A stretch of DNA of 64,000 nt from Candidatus Bathyarchaeia archaeon (lineage in GTDB: Archaea > Thermoproteota > Bathyarchaeia > Bathyarchaeales > Bathycorpusculaceae), in NCBI GenBank assembly GCA_050012255.1, contig JBEKHN010000004.1:1-64000 (forward strand), in the 5' to 3' direction. Position numbers and translations under genes: made by a program. Shown piece after piece: positions 9,378-17,364 of this stretch. Numbering within the stretch: position 1 is the first letter of the stretch; every line of letters starts with the position of its first letter. The notes under the pieces are model-generated. The model was not told the DNA's origin. It saw nothing but the letters and a program-made list of their open reading frames with translations, and made no database searches.

Positions 9378-11855
9378 TTAGTTTATGCGCGCGCCCTCCG
9401 TCCTCACAAAGAGATACTTAGCAAGATCATTGATTGTGAGCGAGAACGTCGCAGTGCAGGCCACCACAAACAGAGTCTCAACTATTGGTATAGGTTTGAG
9501 ACCTGGGATTCCGGTTATCGTCACTATTGTTGCAACGATCATGCTCAGTATCATTGCTGTGAGCAGGGTCTTGCTTGGTCTCGACTCCCAGGAATGCCCT
9601 CTTTCTCTTACGTTGAATATCAGGAACATGGCGAAATAAAACAATATTTCAAAGCTGAACGTGTACAAGGTTTCGTCGGCTGCAGTCAGGCGGAACACGT
9701 TGAGTCCCACATATAGCAGCCCAAATGATTCGATAACAATCAGCGTGCTGAGCACCAGCGATGTCTTTACTAGGCCAGCTATGTTCCAAGTGTTAGGTTT
9801 CTGTGACCATTTCAAATCGTCTGTAGATAATGCTATCTTGACGAAGTCGGTCATGAAGAAGAGGAGAACTATGGCGAAGGCTGACACGACATAATTACCC
9901 GTTAAGACAAAGGACAGGACTACGAAAATCGCAGTCTGAAGGGTTCTCACTATCTTGCTCAGTACCCATGCAGATATTCTTTCGAAGATTACTCTTCCAT
10001 TTCTGACCAAGTCGACGATGCTAGTCAAACCTTCATTCGTCAGGACGACGCTTGCTGCGCCCTTGGCTACGTCTGTTGCGGTGTTCACGGCTATGCCTAC
10101 TTCCGCCTGTCTCAGCGCTGGTGCATCGTTCACTCCGTCGCCTGTCATGCCCACAACCTGTCCTGCGGCCTGAAGGCTTTTGACGATTGCGTATTTGTCC
10201 TCAGGATATATCTCCGCGAAGCCATCGCTTTTCTCGGCTGCCTGTGCAGCCTCTATCGCGTTTTCTTTCACGAATTCTTTCAGGTCGGCAGCTCTAATCA
10301 CTCGTTCGCCGAGTCCTACTTCGGCTGCAACTTCTTTCGCTATTGCAAGAGCGTCTCCTGTCAACATTTTCACTGATATTCCGAGGTGCTTGAGCTCTTG
10401 TATCAGCTGTTTTGAATCAGTCCTGGGCATGTCGTAAAGCGCCACTAGACCGACGATCTCAGGAGACTCGTGATCATGTGCTCTCGCGACTGCCAGAGTT
10501 CTGTAACCTTTCTCGGCAAACATGCTCACCCGCGATTCCAAGTCTCTTATAGAGTCCTCATGAAGCCCACATGCTTTGGCAATGATGCTAACAGCTCCCT
10601 TCAAGACCTTGAATTCACTGTTGTCTCCTTGCACCAAGGCTTCAGTTCTCCGTGTTTTCGCGTCAAAAGGAACAAAATCCCTCTGTACAAACGAAGAAAC
10701 GGGCAAATTCTCCAATTTGGCCTTGACAATAAAGGCGTTATCTATAGGATCTTGGTTAGCCTCTTGAGAAGCCAAGGCCCCGTACAGTATTACATCTTTT
10801 TCAGTAAACCCATTCAGAGGGATTACGTTTGCCACTGAAAGCTTGTTCACTGTTATTGTGCCCGTCTTGTCGGCGCAGAGCACACTCATCGTTGCCGCAT
10901 CTTCGGAAGCGCTCAGTCTAGTCACGAGTACGCCTTTTTTGGCCAACTCCATAGAGCCCAATGCCATGCTGACGGTGAACATCGCTGGCAAGGCCACGGG
11001 TATCGCAGACAATAAGAGGACTAGGACTATTGGCAGCACGTCCAGAAGACTGACTCCCTCAAATGCTGAAACGGCTACAGCCACGATGATCAAGGAAGCA
11101 ACTATGATCAGGAGCCACTTAACGACGTTGGAAATGACTTCTTCCATGTGCAGTTTTGGCCTTGCAAGTTGGACTAATTGGGCAGTTCTTCCAAAATATG
11201 TTTTCAGCCCTGTTGAGATGACGATGCCGCTAGATTCGCCTCTCTTGACAATGGAGCCCGAATAGATAGTGTCGCTTGGTTTCTTGTCGATTGTCATTGA
11301 CTCTCCTGTCAAGGCTGATTGGTCAACTCCTAGCTCGCCATCTATTATTTTCACGTCGGCTGGCACGAAGTCTCCGGACCGGGTTCTGATTATGTCGCCC
11401 GGAACCAATTCTCTCGCGGCCAAGTTTCTCCAGAAGCCTTCTCTGAGGACTCTTGCGTTGACTTGGAGCTTTTGTTTCAATGATTCTACTGCGCCTGATG
11501 CTCTCTGTTCTTCCTCAAAACCCAGTATCGAATTGAAGACAAGAAGCCCAGTCACAATGTACAGGTCTGAGTATCTGTGGAGAAACCATGAAAGAACTAT
11601 TATGATTTCAAGCATCCATGCAGTGAGACCCCAGAACTTACTTGCAAACATCTTCAGTGAGTTAGCTTTTTGCTCAGGAATTTCATTGTATCCATACTGC
11701 CCCTGTCTGGTCGCAACTTCATCCGACGAGAGCCCATGGGTCAGACTAGACTGCAAAGATGTGATTGTATTCTCTGCCGTCATCTCCTTGAAGTCTAGGG
11801 TCTTCTCGGTCAATCCAGAGCCTTCTGCCGGACGTTCACTTCCAGATCGCGTCAT
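9378..11855 (-). CDS. P3A plasma-membrane-type proton-efflux P-type ATPase
   Basis: DQSALTGES, IPVALP, CADKTGT, QDPID, KGA, EIYPEDKY, MTGDGVNDAPAL, TM6 Asp in FMTDFVKI. Confidence 0.88.
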   Translation of the reverse strand: MTRSGSERPAEGSGLTEKTLDFKEMTAENTITSLQSSLTHGLSSDEVATRQGQYGYNEIPEQKANSLKMFASKFWGLTAWMLEIIIVLSWFLHRYSDLYIVTGLLVFNSILGFEEEQRASGAVESLKQKLQVNARVLREGFWRNLAARELVPGDIIRTRSGDFVPADVKIIDGELGVDQSALTGESMTIDKKPSDTIYSGSIVKRGESSGIVISTGLKTYFGRTAQLVQLARPKLHMEEVISNVVKWLLIIVASLIIVAVAVSAFEGVSLLDVLPIVLVLLLSAIPVALPAMFTVSMALGSMELAKKGVLVTRLSASEDAATMSVLCADKTGTITVNKLSVANVIPLNGFTEKDVILYGALASQEANQDPIDNAFIVKAKLENLPVSSFVQRDFVPFDAKTRRTEALVQGDNSEFKVLKGAVSIIAKACGLHEDSIRDLESRVSMFAEKGYRTLAVARAHDHESPEIVGLVALYDMPRTDSKQLIQELKHLGISVKMLTGDALAIAKEVAAEVGLGERVIRAADLKEFVKENAIEAAQAAEKSDGFAEIYPEDKYAIVKSLQAAGQVVGMTGDGVNDAPALRQAEVGIAVNTATDVAKGAASVVLTNEGLTSIVDLVRNGRVIFERISAWVLSKIVRTLQTAIFVVLSFVLTGNYVVSAFAIVLLFFMTDFVKIALSTDDLKWSQKPNTWNIAGLVKTSLVLSTLIVIESFGLLYVGLNVFRLTAADETLYTFSFEILFYFAMFLIFNVRERGHSWESRPSKTLLTAMILSMIVATIVTITGIPGLKPIPIVETLFVVACTATFSLTINDLAKYLFVRTEGARIN

Positions 11856-11917
11856 TCGAGAATAGACATCTTTTCTTGATAAAAAAGGGATAGGTCAGTA
11901 GGCTTCTTTGGACAGCA

Positions 11918-12202
11918 CTACAAGGTTTTCGCGACTTCGCTAAAGGGTACGACTGGTCTTACGTCAACTGCCATTTGACCAAAGAACCTTGAGACAGTTA
12001 GGGCACTGTCGGCGTCTATAATGAAGTAACCTTTGTGTTCTGAGCTCTTGTCGTTTGGACAACTGAAATAGGCTCCTATTATTCTGAGACCCGATTTCCT
12101 TATGTTGTCGTCTGAAAAGAGCTTCTTGATCATTGTTTTTCCTTCAGGTGTTCCTAATGGGCATTTTGCGGCTTGATGGGTATGGGTAGCGACAAACAGC
12201 AA
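11918..12202 (-). CDS. Small hypothetical protein (HTHxxxxCP motif; DUF3303/GYD-like)
   Basis: GGAGGTGAG RBS before TTG 12202; LFVATHTHQAAKCP...EHKGYFIIDADS. Confidence 0.6.
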   Translation of the reverse strand: MLFVATHTHQAAKCPLGTPEGKTMIKKLFSDDNIRKSGLRIIGAYFSCPNDKSSEHKGYFIIDADSALTVSRFFGQMAVDVRPVVPFSEVAKTL

Positions 12203-12248
12203 AGACTCACCTCCTTTTTGCACTTCAGCATGAAGCATTTTGTTCTTG

Positions 12249-12665
12249 CTATTTGGGCACTACTTCGAATTCCACTTTCAACTGAATTGGTTCTTTGAAT
12301 ATGGATAGTACTGGACAGTTTGCCTCAGTTCTCCGCCAAGCAGCCTCCAGCAGTTCCTTTCTTGCAGCTGCACACACTTTGGTCTTCACGGTCACTCCAG
12401 TCAATATGGGAGAATCAGGAGATTTTTCTGCTTCCGCCACGGCCTCGACTTTGGTGAGCTCGATTTTGCTCTGCTTGCAGCAATCGGCAAATATGGTCAC
12501 GGCACAATCAGCCAAGGCCATTAGAGCCAATTCAATGGCAGTCGGGCCTTTATCGTCCCCGCCTGCGGGGGTAGAAAGGTCGCAGACTATGCTGTGTGTT
12601 CTGGAATTGTCAACCACCGAACGAACATTCTCGATCCATTTAGCTGTAGTCTTATATTTCGGCAT
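12249..12665 (-). CDS. OsmC family protein
   Basis: GGDDKGPTAIELALMALADC and EANCPV (the two OsmC Cys motifs). Confidence 0.88.
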   Translation of the reverse strand: MPKYKTTAKWIENVRSVVDNSRTHSIVCDLSTPAGGDDKGPTAIELALMALADCAVTIFADCCKQSKIELTKVEAVAEAEKSPDSPILTGVTVKTKVCAAARKELLEAAWRRTEANCPVLSIFKEPIQLKVEFEVVPK

Positions 12666-12749
12666 TCTTTCACCAGAAACAGTCTCTACACTTACGACAA
12701 ATTAAGAGTTGCGCAAAGCGCGCCCTTCTCATTGCGCGCGCAAGCGCGC

Positions 12750-12927
12750 GCGGCAGCTCAAGCATTTTAGTCGTGACGCTGCTGTTGAGCATCTGCTTAT
12801 GCCTGAGCGTGTCAAGAAGCTGCAGGGTCAAATTCAAGTCTTGCACGTTGATTTGGAGGAACTCACAGGGGCTCTGAAGAAATTCTTGAACGTAGAAGGT
12901 TCTGGGCAACCTATTCCTGAGGGCTAA
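12750..12927 (+). pseudogene. Probable C-terminal remnant of a mobile-element gene (coiled-coil tail)
   Basis: HFSRDAAVEHLLMPERVKKLQGQIQVLHVDLEELTGALKK reads like real protein but has no credible start; preceded by a GCGCGC-rich junction. Confidence 0.3.
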
Positions 12928-12978
12928 AGGATATGCAAGACTATGTTTCCTAGCTGGGGAAGTGGGCCCTAACTCGTT

Positions 12979-13224
12979 TTGAGTTGGAGGTCTGGGGTGA
13001 GGGAAGCGAAGAAACGAGTAGAATGTAAGCTCGAAAATCAGCTGGCTAATCGCATTGATAGAGTAGCTGAGCTTCTCAAGACCAGCAGGACAGACATCGT
13101 CAGGCGTGCGTGCATCGCATATTTGAAAAACATAGAGAAAGGTGCTAGGAATATCTGCACTTCAGCATGGATCAGATGCTTTGGTCAAGTAGTGTTCTTA
13201 CTTTTCTTTCTATTTCGTCTCTGA
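12979..13224 (+). CDS. Ribbon-helix-helix (CopG-like) protein, possibly degenerate
   Basis: KKRVECKLENQLANRIDRVAELLKTSRTDIVRRACIAYL fits the RHH pattern; 3' end overlaps arsC. Confidence 0.5.
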   Translation: MSWRSGVREAKKRVECKLENQLANRIDRVAELLKTSRTDIVRRACIAYLKNIEKGARNICTSAWIRCFGQVVFLLFFLFRL

Positions 13225-13567
13225 TTTCCCGAACTTTCTCTATCGGTTTGCCCTTTGGATCTTCGAGTCCCCAATCCACAGTTGTTTTGAAAAAAGGACC
13301 TGGACACAGGTCTGCAGCGCCACAGCCCATCGTTACGATCAGATCTGCTTCTTCCAACATCTTGGGAGTCAGCAGTTTCGGCAGGTTCATTGAGATGTCG
13401 ATGCTCTTCTCTTTCATGGCTTCAACAACTACCGGATTGACCTTCTCGGCTAACTTGATACCTGCGCTTGAGGCTGTGAACTTTCCCTTTCCATAATGAT
13501 TAGTAAAGGCTTCTGCCATCTGGCTCCGGCCAGCGTTTTCGACGCACACGAAAAGTACTCTTTTCAT
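13172..13567 (-). CDS. arsC: Arsenate reductase ArsC (LMW-PTP family)
   Basis: LFVCVENAGRSQMAEA P-loop, TMGCG...CP, DWGLEDPKG. Confidence 0.85.
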   Translation of the reverse strand: MKRVLFVCVENAGRSQMAEAFTNHYGKGKFTASSAGIKLAEKVNPVVVEAMKEKSIDISMNLPKLLTPKMLEEADLIVTMGCGAADLCPGPFFKTTVDWGLEDPKGKPIEKVREIRDEIERKVRTLLDQSI

Positions 13568-13640
13568 TTCATCCACCTCTAACTGAAGCATAGAACAACG
13601 CATTTAAATATGTTATTTGCCATCACTCAATTGAAGTCTC

Positions 13641-14027
13641 ATGCCAACATCAAAAACAGAGCGAAGACTACAACGACTAGCCGAGTCAGGCATTTGTTCC
13701 AGTGAAAGTGCTTCAGAATATGCTGCCGAGCTAGAGAAATTAGCTAACAAAAACATGAGCAAAGAAAACGCCGCGAGAAATAGCAAAGTCTTGAAAGCTC
13801 TTGCAGATTCGACAAGGCTGAGAATTCTGGGGTTATTGTTGGTTCGAGAAATGTGCGTTTGCGAGGTCATGGCTGCCTTGAATCTTACACAGCCGACAGC
13901 ATCTCATCATCTGGGAATATTGGAAAATGTTGAACTGGTGAAGAATAGAAAACAAGGCAAATGGGTTTTTTACAGCATAGCCAATCTCGAACTTATCAAG
14001 GGCATGCGGAAACTGAACATTCTTTGA
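13641..14027 (+). CDS. ArsR/SmtB metalloregulator
   Basis: KALADSTRLRIL, EMCVCEV, QPTASHHLGIL, QGKWVFYS. Confidence 0.9.
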   Translation: MPTSKTERRLQRLAESGICSSESASEYAAELEKLANKNMSKENAARNSKVLKALADSTRLRILGLLLVREMCVCEVMAALNLTQPTASHHLGILENVELVKNRKQGKWVFYSIANLELIKGMRKLNIL

Positions 14028-14179
14028 CGTTCATAAGAAACCGTCAATTTCTCGCAAAGTAAGGTAAAGTCATAACAACAGATTTAAATATCTGCATATG
14101 TTCTAGCACTTAACTGCAGGTAGCCAATATTAAGAATAGACTAGCAATTGCCTCATGAAGAAAAAAAGAGATACTGAAC

Positions 14180-14437
14180 ATGGCCATTGAGAAAATAGTT
14201 CTAAAGACTCAAAAAATGGAGTGCACTGGATGCAAAACATGCGCAACTGATTATGCAGCGGAAAACCTGAGGCATGCACTTGCAAGGTTGAATGGGGTGT
14301 CAAAAGTCAAGGTTGATGAAGTAACCGGCAAAGTTACAATAGAATATGACTCACAAAAAATCAGCTACTCCAAATTTACTGAGCGCTTGGTAAGACTAGG
14401 CTACCGAGTCGAGATTGAGTCCAGAGGGATTCCATGA
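14180..14437 (+). CDS. HMA-domain metallochaperone with extended CxxCxxC motif
   Basis: KMECTGCKTC...LARLNGVSKVKVD...VTIEYD...LVRLGY; stop overlaps ATPase start (ATGA). Confidence 0.75.
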   Translation: MAIEKIVLKTQKMECTGCKTCATDYAAENLRHALARLNGVSKVKVDEVTGKVTIEYDSQKISYSKFTERLVRLGYRVEIESRGIP

Positions 14438-16359
14438 GAGAACATGTGCAAGGCGTAATTCTAGTCGCTTCACTTGGGCTATTCGCTTTAGCAGGCGCCC
14501 TAATTTCTGGAACTCAAGTAACCTATGCGCATGAAATTAGCATTGCTTTGACTTTGATCGCCGTTGCCTTAGGCTATCGCATTTATGTGCATGGCATTCG
14601 ATCCCTGCGGCACGGGAATGTTACCGCCCAATTGTTTGCAACAATTGCCATCTTCATTTCAGTGGTAGCTGGTCTCGTACTGCCTTCAGCATCAGCCACT
14701 GGCACAGCAGAAGCAGTTGGTTACCTTACAGCATCAGCAGTAGTGGCGTTCATAATACTCGCAGGTATGACGCTTGAAGGATACATTATCCATAGAACAA
14801 GAGGTGCGCTTGAGAAGCTCATTAACATGAGCCCCAGCACAGCTCGCATACGTCGAGACGGCAGAGAAGTTGAAGTACCCGTGGACGAGGTCAAGATAGG
14901 TGAAATCGTCTTAGTTAAACCAGGCGACAAGATACCCGTTGACGGAGCAGTAGTTTCCGGACACAGCACCGTTAACCAAGCAACTATAACTGGCGAGTCA
15001 ATTCCAGTAGAAAAGACAGTGGGGGACTGCACATTTGCTGGTACACTCAATGAACATGGGGCATTAGAAATTAGAGTTGAAAAAATCGCTGAGGACACTA
15101 CACTTGCTCACGTCATTCAACTTGTCGAAGAAGCTCAAGAGAAAAAAGCGCCAATACAGAACGTTGCAGACCGATTTACTACTTATTTCTTGCCAATCAT
15201 GGCAGTTTTGGCATCTTCTGTCTTTGCGGCCAGCTATTTCGCACTTGGTTTTGAAACAGCGCTGGCAAGAACTGTAACTGTTCTTTTAGTCGCGTGTCCT
15301 TGCGCGCTTTCAATAGCTGTTCCTGTCGCTGTAGCTGGAACCATCGGTAATGCCAGCATGAACGGCATAATAATCAAGGGTGGCACACACATCGAAAAGC
15401 TAAAGGACGTTAAGCTGGTCGCATTTGACAAAACTGGCACGTTAACCATAGGCGAACCTAAGGTTGTTGAAATAAAAACCTTCGGTAATTACTCTGAAGC
15501 GGAAACAATCAAGTATGCAGCAATTGCTGAGAAATTCTCAGAACACCCCCTATCCAAAGCCATCATCGCTAAGGCAGCTGAGATGAGCATGAAAATTCCT
15601 GACCCCACAGACTTCAAAACTATTCCAGGACACGGCGTGGACGCCCACTACGGAAACAAGCATATCCTAATTGGAACTAAGATGATGGAAACGGAGATTC
15701 CAGAAGAAGCGAGTCAATTGATGAACATGGTTGAAAGCGAGGGGAAAACAGCTATTCCTGTAGCACTTGACAAAAATGTCATTGGCATCATTGTTGTGGC
15801 TGACACAGTTAGGGAGAATTCTTTGGAAGCTATACAGGGGCTTAAGCGCCTAGGAGTCAAAACTGTTATGATAACTGGCGACAATATGCGGACTGCGAAA
15901 TCTATCGCTGAGCAGATCGGGGTTGATGAGTACCATGCTGAGCTTTTGCCTGAACAGAAAGTTGCGGTTATTGGAGAACTGAAAAAAGGCAATGTTGTTG
16001 CGATGGTCGGTGACGGTGTGAATGATGCTCCTGCTTTGGCTAATTCTGATGTTGGGTTTGCGATGGGTGCGGCTGGCAGCGATGTAGCGATTGAGACTGC
16101 TGACGTGGCTCTGCTTGGAGACGACTTGACAAAGGTTGAATATGCGATTAGCCTAAGTCGGAAGGCGTTTAACAGAATGAAGGGGAACATAGTTTACGCC
16201 TTTATCTGGAACATTGTCGCATTGAGTTTAGCTGCTTTTGGCATCTTAGATCCAGTCCTAGCCGTTGTTCTTGCAGAAGCCGGGTGCATATCAGTGGTAA
16301 TCAATTCCGCTTTGCTTTTGCTGAGCAAGCCAAAGCCTCTAGCCAAGATTAAGGGATAA
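14434..16359 (+). CDS. P1B heavy-metal-translocating P-type ATPase
   Basis: ITGES, ACPCAL, FDKTGTLT, SEHPLS, GDGVNDAPAL; no N-terminal metal-binding domain. Confidence 0.92.
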   Translation: MREHVQGVILVASLGLFALAGALISGTQVTYAHEISIALTLIAVALGYRIYVHGIRSLRHGNVTAQLFATIAIFISVVAGLVLPSASATGTAEAVGYLTASAVVAFIILAGMTLEGYIIHRTRGALEKLINMSPSTARIRRDGREVEVPVDEVKIGEIVLVKPGDKIPVDGAVVSGHSTVNQATITGESIPVEKTVGDCTFAGTLNEHGALEIRVEKIAEDTTLAHVIQLVEEAQEKKAPIQNVADRFTTYFLPIMAVLASSVFAASYFALGFETALARTVTVLLVACPCALSIAVPVAVAGTIGNASMNGIIIKGGTHIEKLKDVKLVAFDKTGTLTIGEPKVVEIKTFGNYSEAETIKYAAIAEKFSEHPLSKAIIAKAAEMSMKIPDPTDFKTIPGHGVDAHYGNKHILIGTKMMETEIPEEASQLMNMVESEGKTAIPVALDKNVIGIIVVADTVRENSLEAIQGLKRLGVKTVMITGDNMRTAKSIAEQIGVDEYHAELLPEQKVAVIGELKKGNVVAMVGDGVNDAPALANSDVGFAMGAAGSDVAIETADVALLGDDLTKVEYAISLSRKAFNRMKGNIVYAFIWNIVALSLAAFGILDPVLAVVLAEAGCISVVINSALLLLSKPKPLAKIKG

Positions 16360-16573
16360 GCACCGCTCGCGCTCACATGCTTCTCAGAAAGAAATTCAGA
16401 AATGGCGTGAAAAATGGATTTGTAGCCCCCGCGCTCCTGTGCTCCAAAACGCAGCGAAAAACATCTTCAAGTAACGTATAAAACGCGGTTCTGTCTTGAG
16501 GCGCAAGTTCATGCGCGGGAGCTGAATTATAGATTTGGTTAGCGTGAGCGGGCGGGTGGACTCGACCCCGTTT

Positions 16574-16599
16574 GGGTTCTAATCCCCTCGGGCCCGCCA
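16574..16599 (+). repeat. tRNA 3'-end fragment (att-like), copy 1 of a 14-bp direct repeat
   Basis: GGGTTCTAATCCCCTCGGGCCCGCCA = T-loop + acceptor strand + CCA with no matching 5' half. AATCCCCTCGGGCC (16581-16594) recurs at 19733-19746. Confidence 0.6.
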
Positions 16600-17076
16600 A
16601 GCAACTGCAGCAGGGCTCCGATGGAGTATTCCAAATTCCGTTGGATAAGTTCTTATGCGGATACCCACCGGATATTTTCCTAAGCTTTTGGGAAAATCGG
16701 CAATTTTGAGGAATTTACAAAAAAATGTAAAACGTGTAACGACGGTTTAAACGCTCCTGTGAAGCTAGCCCTCGGCACATCCCCAATTCTCAAATAAGGC
16801 CTAGTCTGCGACTATTTTAGAATTCTAACTGAAAATCTACGAGTTTGTTTCTTTCATTTCCCTTGATTTTACTCTGAGGTTTGAACCGCTTCCGCGCTGG
16901 ACGGTGGGAGCGCGATGACTGTGTGTTGTCTTCCGGATATAGCGCGCATGCTTGTTCCTAAATTCCGTTCAAGAGGGGTGCATAGCGTTTTCCGATGGGG
17001 GATGGTTACTGTCACGGTTCAGCTTGGTGCTTGCGTGCTCACACCCTCCCCCCCGGGTATCCTATATGATCCAAAT

Positions 17077-17334
17077 ATGGCTGAAGAGCAAATGAGCAGC
17101 ACAAGCCACTTCCCAAAAGAATTCAGGAACACGCTAGCGCGCTACATTGATGGAATCGTTAACGAAGCAGACCCAAGACTAGCGTATTTCGTTTCGTTGT
17201 TTGCGTCTGCCTCTTTTGCTCTGCGGAACAATACCACTGATTTAGACTTGGTTTTTGAAGGAAGCATCAGCCACGCACAGGACATCGAAAATGACCTCAA
17301 GAGGAAAGTGTTCTCAATCTTCCATCTACCGTGA
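17077..17334 (+). pseudogene. Degenerate minimal nucleotidyltransferase (MNT)-like ORF
   Basis: VSLFASASFALRNNTTDLDLVF resembles the LFGS...SDxD motif but lacks GS. Confidence 0.35.
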
Positions 17335-17364
17335 CTGCCCTAGCGCGACATCGTTGCGTGCGGG

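Noticed and set aside
16500-16599. Complete or intron-containing tRNA gene
   Set aside because: No 5' acceptor strand (GGGCCCG), D-arm or anticodon arm found upstream; only a 3' fragment is present.
16373-16600. 75-aa ORF beginning MAGPRGLEP
   Set aside because: Typical antisense reading of a tRNA 3' end; not a protein.
16600-17070. Replication origin (ORB boxes) in the long non-coding stretch
   Set aside because: Only G/C runs; no repeated ORB consensus and no cdc6/orc1 nearby.
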